21,772 nucleotides of DNA from a virus: the IMG/VR virus record IMGVR_UViG_3300005828_000016, positions 1 through 21,772 of that record; one strand, given 5' to 3'. The notes under the pieces are model-generated. The model was not told the origin of the DNA. It searched no databases and saw only the letters and a list, made by a program, of their open reading frames with translations. How positions within the stretch are numbered: the first letter of the stretch is position 1; every line of letters begins with the position of its first letter. Positions 15,993 through 21,540 of this stretch are shown here, in pieces. Position numbers and translations under genes: made by a program.

Positions 15993-16004
15993 AACGATTA
16001 GGGA

Positions 16005-17237
16005 TTAGCGCTTCCCCATAATTGCATAGGTTCCTAAACTTTTGTTAGTTTTCCTATTGTAGTTGCAAATTGCTAAACTGAGTACTGTATCATCGTGGAG
16101 GCCGTTTGGGTGGCCGTATTTGACACTTCGAGTTTTTGGATTGTACTCATATGTAAAAGTCTCCATCTCTGTCTGGAGTGCTGTGAATAGTGTTTTAGAA
16201 GGTATTTGAATCGACATCTCATTTACATCAAGAATTAACCCTTCAATGATTTCATTCTTGGTTTTTGAAGTTGTAACGAATGGATGTGTATCTTGATATC
16301 TTTTTTTGATTTGTTCGAATATTACATCGCCGATTGAATTTACTTCAATCATTACAGTAGCATTCCATTTTGTGATTCTTTGTAGCAACTCTGTAACCAT
16401 TTGGCTCCACTCTGCTTTGTTGTTACGGTAAATGTCAACTACTCTACCGTTTGAATCCATAAATGTTGCTACTGTGTAATCTTCTTGTTTTCCTAAATCA
16501 ATACCACAATATACTTTGCCTTGAGGTTGAGGCCAATTGTTGAATTCTATTCTATCTAAATTTGAGAATACTTCGCCTCCTGAATCTAAAAACTCTGCTA
16601 AATATTCTTGACGGAATACATTCTCTGGAAGTGTCTTTTTAGCATCATTGATTTCTTCTTCTTCAATGAATGGTGTATCGTATGAACTTCCTTTGTATGA
16701 TTTATAGTTTTGGTTATCCGCGGATTCTCCCAATTTGTAAAGATTGTAAAACCAATTCTTTCCTTTGGGTGTTGAAATGAATAAAACCTTTTTACCTCTA
16801 ACTGCTAAAGTTGGTCGAATTGCTTCAGTCCAGGCCTCCTCTTTTATAAAAGCTGCTTCGTCAATAACACAATAATCTACTGTCATACCTCTGATGTTAT
16901 CAAATCTTTCGGCACTTCTAAAGTAGATTGTACTTCCTGTTTTTAGTGTGATTTCGTTTGCTGAGTAGTTGTTGCTATCCACTAATCCACTCCCACCAAT
17001 CGCACTCATCAATTCTTTGTGTACTTTCAGGGTTTGGGAGTATACTGGGGAAACCCACAGTATCTTTGACGGTCTGTGGTTTATCGCCCAATAAAGAACT
17101 ATGTTCTCCGCCATCAGAGATTTGCCGAACTGTCTTCCAATGGAAGCAATATGGTACTTCTCCGAACCATTCAATATTTGATTCAGAATCTCCTTCTGTG
17201 CTTTGTGGGGTGAGAAACCTATGAACGTCTTCTTCAT
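16005..17237 (-). CDS. terL: Terminase large subunit
   Basis: 410 aa. Walker A-like GRQFGKS, Walker B DYCVIDEAA, and nuclease-domain acidic motifs GIDLGKQED and GLHDD. Confidence 0.93.
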   Translation of the reverse strand: MKKTFIGFSPHKAQKEILNQILNGSEKYHIASIGRQFGKSLMAENIVLYWAINHRPSKILWVSPVYSQTLKVHKELMSAIGGSGLVDSNNYSANEITLKTGSTIYFRSAERFDNIRGMTVDYCVIDEAAFIKEEAWTEAIRPTLAVRGKKVLFISTPKGKNWFYNLYKLGESADNQNYKSYKGSSYDTPFIEEEEINDAKKTLPENVFRQEYLAEFLDSGGEVFSNLDRIEFNNWPQPQGKVYCGIDLGKQEDYTVATFMDSNGRVVDIYRNNKAEWSQMVTELLQRITKWNATVMIEVNSIGDVIFEQIKKRYQDTHPFVTTSKTKNEIIEGLILDVNEMSIQIPSKTLFTALQTEMETFTYEYNPKTRSVKYGHPNGLHDDTVLSLAICNYNRKTNKSLGTYAIMGKR

Positions 17238-17240
17238 ACA

Positions 17241-17381
17241 TTATTCTTCGTCTGTAGTATCTAAATAATGGGATTCAATTTGAGCTGATGATGGATGTTC
17301 GTTAAAGTAGTCGAATATACTTTTTACTTCATCTCCTGGGTCTGAGATGTAATAGTCATCACAAAAAAGCTCACTCTCCAT
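17241..17381 (-). CDS. Hyper-acidic 46-aa ORF between terS and terL
   Basis: Not in the ORF track. Sequence is MESELFCDDYYISDPGDEVKSIFDYFNEHPSSAQIESHYLDTTDEE, with 14 D/E and 1 K. It fills the only gap in an otherwise gapless operon, and its stop is 3 nt before the terL ATG. Confidence 0.45.
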   Translation of the reverse strand: MESELFCDDYYISDPGDEVKSIFDYFNEHPSSAQIESHYLDTTDEE

Positions 17382-17541
17382 TTTCTGTCAGTCTTTGTAG
17401 TTCTTGAATTAGTGTTTGTACCATTTCAAGTTTTTTATCTTCTGGGCACATTTGAGCTGCAACTTGAATTGCAATTTGATGTACATTCTCTACACCGTAT
17501 ACTTCAGTGTAATGATTGATTGTGTTAAATAGTTCATTCAT
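17371..17541 (-). CDS. Hypothetical protein (56 aa from the ATG at 17541)
   Basis: The track start at 17610 is GTG and overlaps terS by 77 nt. The ATG at 17541 overlaps the terS stop by only 8 nt (MNELFNTINHY...). Confidence 0.5.
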   Translation of the reverse strand: MNELFNTINHYTEVYGVENVHQIAIQVAAQMCPEDKKLEMVQTLIQELQRLTENGE

Positions 17542-17857
17542 CGATTCTATTCTCTTTATCGTTAATTGATGGTCCGAATTCAAAGTGAACATTCTTGAAC
17601 AAATCATCACCGTCGTTTCCAGTTAATTCAGTTCTGGCCAATTTAGGAATTATATACTCAGAAAGACGTAACATCAAATCCATTGCTTTTTCTGGATTAT
17701 CAGCTGCAACTTCTGCTAACCAAATTGACATATTCTCAAGGTTTTCTTCTGTTAACTTTTGATACGCTTCTCTGATAGCATTTGAAGTTTTATTTCTCGC
17801 TCCTTTAGGTCTACCGTTTCTGTTGGCCAAATCTTCGGGGCCGTTCCATTCTCCCAT
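17534..17857 (-). CDS. terS: Putative terminase small subunit
   Basis: 107 aa. It has the N-terminal basic motif NGRPKGARNKTSN, common in small terminases and HTH DNA-binding N-termini. It lies two small ORFs upstream of terL. Confidence 0.55.
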   Translation of the reverse strand: MGEWNGPEDLANRNGRPKGARNKTSNAIREAYQKLTEENLENMSIWLAEVAADNPEKAMDLMLRLSEYIIPKLARTELTGNDGDDLFKNVHFEFGPSINDKENRIDE

Positions 17858-18018
17858 TACTTTTCTTCTTTATTTAATTGTTTCTCAGCAGCAACTAACA
17901 TACGTAAACACTCTTTTGCTGAGTTGTATGATTTAGCTCTGATGGTGTATGCTTCTTCAGATTGTTTGAGAAATGTTAGGTTACCTTTCTCTGTTCTGTA
18001 AACTGTATACTTCTTCAT
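17857..18018 (-). CDS. Hypothetical 53-aa ORF
   Basis: Not in the ORF track. Sequence is MKKYTVYRTEKGNLTFLKQSEEAYTIRAKSYNSAKECLRMLVAAEKQLNKEEK. TAATATG junction upstream and TAATG overlap with terS downstream. Confidence 0.5.
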   Translation of the reverse strand: MKKYTVYRTEKGNLTFLKQSEEAYTIRAKSYNSAKECLRMLVAAEKQLNKEEK

Positions 18019-18019
18019 A

Positions 18020-18232
18020 TTAAAATAAATTATTTAGTCGGTTGTAATGTGCCCACACCAATGCCTTCGTTGATGCGAAACATCTACCACAACCGTTTGG
18101 TTTTTTATTTTGATTTGTTATCGAATTGTATATACTATAAATATAGGCAGCGTCTTCTTTTGAAACTGATACGTTTCCTTTGAAGATTAACTCATTCGAT
18201 TCAATCCACTTTAGTTGTTCAATCGTCATCAT
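18020..18232 (-). CDS. Hypothetical protein (70 aa) with a CGRC motif
   Basis: ATG start with ATGA-type overlap to the upstream gene. Confidence 0.6.
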   Translation of the reverse strand: MMTIEQLKWIESNELIFKGNVSVSKEDAAYIYSIYNSITNQNKKPNGCGRCFASTKALVWAHYNRLNNLF

Positions 18233-18462
18233 ATTCTGTTCTTTAATCTATAAATTACATCTGATAAAATACCAACGATAGGTGCCATCAAAAATCCAGT
18301 TGTACCGTATTGAATTACAAATGGAAAGAGTGATATCCAGAAACCCATACACATTTCGCATTTGAATGGTTTTTGTGGTAAACTTTCTGTTGTATCTAAA
18401 CTGTCAATAAAATCAACAATTAAATGGGTTGCAGCTGCAAAGCCGATTATTTCAAAAATCAT
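18229..18462 (-). CDS. Small integral membrane protein (DUF1360-like KPFxCxxCxxFW motif)
   Basis: 77 aa. Hydrophobic segments flank QKPFKCEMCMGFWISLFPF. Confidence 0.65.
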   Translation of the reverse strand: MIFEIIGFAAATHLIVDFIDSLDTTESLPQKPFKCEMCMGFWISLFPFVIQYGTTGFLMAPIVGILSDVIYRLKNRI

Positions 18463-18946
18463 AGTCTATGTTTCTTTTTTTTAGTTGTTCTCTGACATAC
18501 TGTTTGCATTCTTCAACAGCTTGAGATATTGAAGTTCTTGGTATATCAGTTTGTCTACTCAACTCCGAATAGTTTGGGTTCTCTAACCACATACTAAATA
18601 GTTTTGAACGGTACCAAAGTTCAGTGTTTTCAGATTGCATTTCTTCAAGAATACCTTGAATTGCTTCTATTACTAAATCTCTATCTGCATCGTAAACAGT
18701 TTCTTCTTGTTCTAACTGTGTACCTTCTGCAAAACCGTGAACTCTACCTTTTTGTCTGTACAATGTATGGTAGGGTGAAGTTGATGAATGAAATGAACGA
18801 TGAATCATACCGCTCATAAACACCATTGCTTTACCTTCATTAACTAACTCTTCCGCTCTTTTATGTTCTAAAAATTTAGATATGACGTAGTGTGCAACTT
18901 CCTCGGATTCAGGGCTGCCTTTACAAATACGTTGAGACATATCCAT
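18452..18946 (-). CDS. Sigma-70 family (ECF-like) RNA polymerase sigma factor
   Basis: The C-terminal NYSELSRQTDIPRTSISQAVEECKQYVREQL is a region-4.2-type HTH. The N-terminal half has region-2-like spacing (VAHYVISKFLEH...AMVFMSGMIHRSF). The track start at 18991 is TTG. I prefer the first ATG, at 18946, 13 nt after the upstream stop. Confidence 0.5.
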   Translation of the reverse strand: MDMSQRICKGSPESEEVAHYVISKFLEHKRAEELVNEGKAMVFMSGMIHRSFHSSTSPYHTLYRQKGRVHGFAEGTQLEQEETVYDADRDLVIEAIQGILEEMQSENTELWYRSKLFSMWLENPNYSELSRQTDIPRTSISQAVEECKQYVREQLKKRNIDYDF

Positions 18947-18959
18947 TATATCAGAGTAT

Positions 18960-19229
18960 TTAGTATTTAGGAATTCTGTCAATATTGTCAATAGTGTCTT
19001 TTATAATTTTGCATACTTCGAACTCTTCCATCTGTTCAAAGTTTTTTAGTTCAGTTTCCATCTCCATAACCATATACAAATGTAAAGTGTCTACTTCAAT
19101 GTATTTTGAACCGTACTCATCCATATGTAATGTAAAGAAGTAGTTGTAAACTTTACGCCAAATCTTCTTTTTTAATTCAATTGGAAAGTCTTTGTAGTGT
19201 TGTGGGTTCATACCCAAAAGCTCTTCCAT
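18960..19229 (-). CDS. Hypothetical protein (89 aa)
   Basis: ATG start, packed tightly in the early operon. No motif recognised. Confidence 0.6.
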   Translation of the reverse strand: MEELLGMNPQHYKDFPIELKKKIWRKVYNYFFTLHMDEYGSKYIEVDTLHLYMVMEMETELKNFEQMEEFEVCKIIKDTIDNIDRIPKY

Positions 19230-19232
19230 ACA

Positions 19233-19742
19233 TCATATTTCAAATGTTTCGTAGAAGAAGCTATTCATAACCTTTCCACTGTACATTTTAGTTGACTCTT
19301 TATCATATTTTAGTTTGGTATCCGAAGCATCTTCAATTAAATTGCTATCAGTTAATCTTCCAACCAAATATGCGTATGTTACAATTGATTCTTTATTACG
19401 AAGTCTAACAGTTGTTGTTTGTAGTGCTCCGTTTTTATAAAGGTGTTGCTCATAGCCTTTGAGCGCAAAACCCCAATTGTAAAAGTCATAAATTGCAAAA
19501 TGCGTAACTTTCATTAGGTTTTGTGCCCAAGGGCCGTGAGCGCTGAGTTCAACAGTTCCTTTTCTCGCCGATGATTGTCTTTTTCTGGTTTTACCCAAAA
19601 TACGTTTTACATCATCTGCAAAAAATACGAACTCCTCATCTCTACCGCATTTTTTAGTAAAGAATAAAAGTAGAGACATAAATACCAATTCATTCTCATT
19701 CAAATCATATTGGAGTACGTACTCAGGAACTGTTATCTTCAT
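19233..19742 (-). CDS. Hypothetical early protein (169 aa), possible DNA-binding or replication-initiation role
   Basis: ATG start. The N-terminus VPEYVLQYDLNENELVFMSLLLFF resembles the opening of HTH_36-type initiator domains. It has a basic patch KTRKRQSSARKG. Confidence 0.6.
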   Translation of the reverse strand: MKITVPEYVLQYDLNENELVFMSLLLFFTKKCGRDEEFVFFADDVKRILGKTRKRQSSARKGTVELSAHGPWAQNLMKVTHFAIYDFYNWGFALKGYEQHLYKNGALQTTTVRLRNKESIVTYAYLVGRLTDSNLIEDASDTKLKYDKESTKMYSGKVMNSFFYETFEI

Positions 19743-19757
19743 ATGTTATATATTCAA

Positions 19758-20099
19758 TTAAAAAAGTGAGTTTGTATCTTTTTCCAACTCAATCTTTTTA
19801 GGGTTTGGATTGAATGTATATTTCAACATTTCTCCACCTACAACATCATTGTAAAGTTCAATAGCTCCAACTTCAATCAATCTTTGTTGGTTCCATTTGA
19901 TATCTTTTTCTCTGGTACCAAGGATTTGAGATTGACGAATAGTCATATTTTTGATGTCAGTTGAACCATCTTTGGTCATCTTTTTGTAAAGAGCCAACAT
20001 CATCTTTGCAATACCTTTAACATTACTGTTGTTCCAAATGGTAGCTGGGATAACTAAACTTTCGTTTGAATAGTTATTGTCGTAAAGTTCATTTCTCAT
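19758..20099 (-). CDS. Winged-helix/HTH DNA-binding protein (HTH_36-like)
   Basis: 113 aa. The pattern VIPATIWNNSNVKGIAKMMLALYKKMT...MTIRQSQILGTREKDIKWNQQRLIEVGAIEL matches that of phage and plasmid initiator or regulator wHTH domains. Confidence 0.6.
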   Translation of the reverse strand: MRNELYDNNYSNESLVIPATIWNNSNVKGIAKMMLALYKKMTKDGSTDIKNMTIRQSQILGTREKDIKWNQQRLIEVGAIELYNDVVGGEMLKYTFNPNPKKIELEKDTNSLF

Positions 20100-20130
20100 A
20101 AATAAAGTGTTTTGTTTTGTTTTTCTATAT

Positions 20131-20161
20131 ATTATACTTTCAAAAGTGAATATTGTTTCAA
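20131..20161 (-). promoter_or_regulatory. Promoter-like element B: TTGAAA-N19-TATAAT
   Basis: Minus-sense GGTTGAAACAATATTCACTTTTGAAAGTATAATATATAGAAAAACAAAACAAAACACT, upstream of the ATG at 20099. Confidence 0.45.
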
Positions 20162-20165
20162 CCTT

Positions 20166-20393
20166 TTATAGTACAAATTTGTTTTTGATTACTCTTCTGA
20201 TTTTTCCATTGTCATTTTGAAATTCAATTGTGATTAGGTTCTGTCTAACCATATCTTTCAAAAGTCTTTTGATTTGAACAGTATCATCATTCAACCATTT
20301 CTTGATTCTCCAATTTTGAGGATTATCTGTTTCAAGTTGAATCATTTCTTGAATCTTCTTTTTATGGTGTTTTAGTGTTATTTCAGTGTACAT
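20166..20393 (-). CDS. First early gene, 75-aa probable winged-helix regulator
   Basis: The track start at 20471 is TTG and would run through promoter-like element C. The first ATG, at 20393 (MYTEITLKHHKKK...), lies 15 nt downstream of the TATAAT box. The C-terminal half VQIKRLLKDMVRQNLITIEFQNDNGKIRRVI looks like a wHTH. Confidence 0.55.
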   Translation of the reverse strand: MYTEITLKHHKKKIQEMIQLETDNPQNWRIKKWLNDDTVQIKRLLKDMVRQNLITIEFQNDNGKIRRVIKNKFVL

Positions 20394-20408
20394 AGTAAAG
20401 TGTTTATT

Positions 20409-20438
20409 ATTATATGTAAAACTAAAATATTGTTTCAA
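20409..20438 (-). promoter_or_regulatory. Promoter-like element C: TTGAAA-N18-TATAAT
   Basis: Minus-sense TTTGAAACAATATTTTAGTTTTACATATAATAATAAACACTTTACTATG. Confidence 0.45.
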
Positions 20439-20446
20439 AGTCAATG

Positions 20447-20472
20447 ATTGAATCAACGTTGTTGATTTCAAT
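20447..20472. promoter_or_regulatory. Imperfect 11/12-bp inverted repeat (operator-like) just upstream of element C
   Basis: ATTGAATCAAC-gtt-GTTGATTTCAAT. One arm carries an extra T. Confidence 0.4.
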
Positions 20473-20512
20473 ATCGCTTTTAGGTTTTCAACCTTTTGTT
20501 TAGATTCTAAAG

Positions 20513-20560
20513 ATTGATTTATTTAGTTATTTTAATTGATTTATTTAATTGGTTATTTTG
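20513..20560. repeat. Two tandem ~22-bp AT-rich repeats (ATTGATTTATTTA + GTTATTTT)
   Basis: ATTGATTTATTTA occurs at 20513-20525 and 20535-20547. Each copy is followed by (g)gttatttt. ATTGATTTA occurs again at 20988-20996. Confidence 0.6.
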
Positions 20561-20707
20561 AGCTAAAAGTCTTTTCTCACAGTCTGATATATTTGTGAGG
20601 GAACTTTGAGGTTCTTTGCCCACCCTCCTGATTATTGTTTGTTTGTAAATTTTTGTAGAACTCGAACATTTGAATGATGTTGTGGGCAGCAGAATAATCA
20701 AGAGCAC
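20519..20707 (-). CDS. Doubtful 62-codon ORF in the control region
   Basis: GTG start with no in-frame ATG. It overlaps the tandem repeats and a hairpin. It is listed only because a 62-codon open frame is uncommon in AT-rich non-coding DNA and because it tiles with the 20698-20850 ORF. Confidence 0.2.
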   Translation of the reverse strand: MLLIILLPTTSFKCSSSTKIYKQTIIRRVGKEPQSSLTNISDCEKRLLAQNNQLNKSIKITK

Positions 20708-20850
20708 ATCGCAATTTTGTTAGAGATTTTTATTATGTCTAATCCAAATGTCCGTCCGTCTTTGTTAGGTGGCAAAAGTTCATCCGTGTTCTGAAGGTTA
20801 CGGCACCTCGGAGTGAGGAGTTTAGGGTGCTCAGGATTGCGCCAAAGCAT
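20698..20850 (-). CDS. Doubtful 50-codon ORF spanning the GC-rich island
   Basis: ATG at 20850, sequence MLWRNPEHPKLLTPRCRNLQNTDELLPPNKDGRTFGLDIIKISNKIAMCS. Its Arg codons (CGC, AGG, CGT, CGG) differ from the AGA-rich usage elsewhere. It lies downstream of promoter-like element D. It could equally be a non-coding leader or RNA. Confidence 0.2.
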   Translation of the reverse strand: MLWRNPEHPKLLTPRCRNLQNTDELLPPNKDGRTFGLDIIKISNKIAMCS

Positions 20851-20901
20851 ATGTAGGTAGTTAATAGTTATTATATGATGTAATAATGTTTTTGTTTATT
20901 T

Positions 20902-20934
20902 TATATATTCATCAATTTAGGTTAGTTTGTTCAA
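20902..20934 (-). promoter_or_regulatory. Promoter-like element D (weaker): TTGAAC-N19/21-(A)ATATA
   Basis: Minus-sense TTTTTGAACAAACTAACCTAAATTGATGAATATATAAAATAAACAAAAAC. It lies directly after the terminator region and points into the GC-rich island. Confidence 0.3.
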
Positions 20935-21000
20935 AAACGCAAAATAATTTATAAAAGATTACTTTTAATGATTCAAAGGCTACTTTCATTGATTTAATGA

Positions 21001-21033
21001 AATAAAAAAAGGGGCTCTCAGAACGAGAACCCC
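21001..21033 (-). terminator. Rho-independent terminator ending the late transcription unit
   Basis: Minus-sense GGGGTTCTC-gttct-GAGAGCCCC (9-bp stem with one G-U pair) followed by TTTTTTTATTT. Confidence 0.75.
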
Positions 21034-21194
21034 TACAAAAAGACGTTTACAATAAAACGGTTAGATAAAATACCGGGAACATCAATGGCACAGAACACCC
21101 AAAAACTCTAACCTAAAAAAAAACAAAACACTATGAATATCGTCTTTATTGTTCTTGATTATTATACGTTATATATCTACGTATGTTTCAGTTG

Positions 21195-21503
21195 TTACAG
21201 AGATTTTGTAGCAACGATAGCTCCAGATGGAAGTGCTGCCAAAGTAGCAATCAGAGCGTCGTGAGCCAAATCTAAAACGTCAACACCCATTGTGTTTCTG
21301 TCGTATGCCATAGTTGCTGTTCTGTTGAAAGAAACATCCATTGGTCTGTTACCAGAAAGATATGATGCTTCTGATACGTAGATATCTACGATTGCGTCAA
21401 TTGCAGTTCCAGTAGTTTGGTCAACTGCAGCAACTCTACCGTATGCGTTGTCAACAACGATTCCAGTAGAAAGTGTAATTGGAGATTGAAATAGTAAAGC
21501 CAT
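21195..21503 (-). CDS. Hypothetical protein (102 aa) downstream of the tail fibre
   Basis: ATG start. It is the last gene before the terminator. Ala/Thr/Val-rich with no motif recognised. Its position suggests a fibre accessory or chaperone role. Confidence 0.65.
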   Translation of the reverse strand: MALLFQSPITLSTGIVVDNAYGRVAAVDQTTGTAIDAIVDIYVSEASYLSGNRPMDVSFNRTATMAYDRNTMGVDVLDLAHDALIATLAALPSGAIVATKSL

Positions 21504-21540
21504 AATAGGTTATATTAATTTAATTATATATTTAGTTTTT

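Noticed and set aside
2627-18819. All plus-strand ORFs in the track: 2627-2881, 3896-4102, 5208-5561, 6033-6221, 6539-6727, 6816-7019, 7023-7280, 8215-8442, 8628-9299, 9581-9766, 10140-10403, 13072-13296, 13376-13561, 16958-17224 and 18604-18819
   Set aside because: Each lies entirely antisense to a longer minus-strand gene with a recognisable product. Their translations are low-complexity shadows, for example the poly-Pro 9581-9766 opposite the poly-Gly linker and the Ser/Ala/Ile-rich 8628-9299 opposite the coiled-coil tape measure. No plus-strand promoter or terminator context is visible.
20106-20118. A 13-bp inverted match, agtgttttgtttt (20106-20118) against aaaacaaaacact (21120-21132), flanking the control region
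   Set aside because: The sequence is low-complexity and short, and the two copies are about 1 kb apart with no other symmetry. It may be chance in AT-rich DNA, so I do not interpret it as the ends of a mobile element.
1499-20471. Longer N-terminal extensions given in the ORF track (1499-2110, 15261-15515, 17371-17610, 18452-18991, 20166-20471)
   Set aside because: Four of them begin with TTG or GTG. They also overlap the upstream gene by 32-77 nt or run through a promoter-like element. The fifth (2110) is ATG but overlaps the portal gene by 38 nt, whereas ATG 2071 forms the recurrent TAATATG junction. In each case I preferred the downstream ATG. The true starts need experimental or comparative confirmation.
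20740-20860. A tRNA gene or att-like tRNA fragment in the GC-rich island
   Set aside because: I could not form a 7-bp acceptor stem on either strand. There is no GTTCRA T-loop flanked by complementary 5-mers and no GG-containing D-loop. There is also no integrase in the genome. It remains an unexplained compositional island (see findings).
21133-21264. A plus-strand 43-codon ORF (MNIVFIVLDYYTLYIYVCF...) preceded by AAAACAAAACACT, converging on the 102-aa gene
   Set aside because: It would be the only plus-strand gene. It overlaps the 3' end of 21195-21503 and has no -10/-35-like boxes upstream. Its leader similarity is a low-complexity A-rich string.
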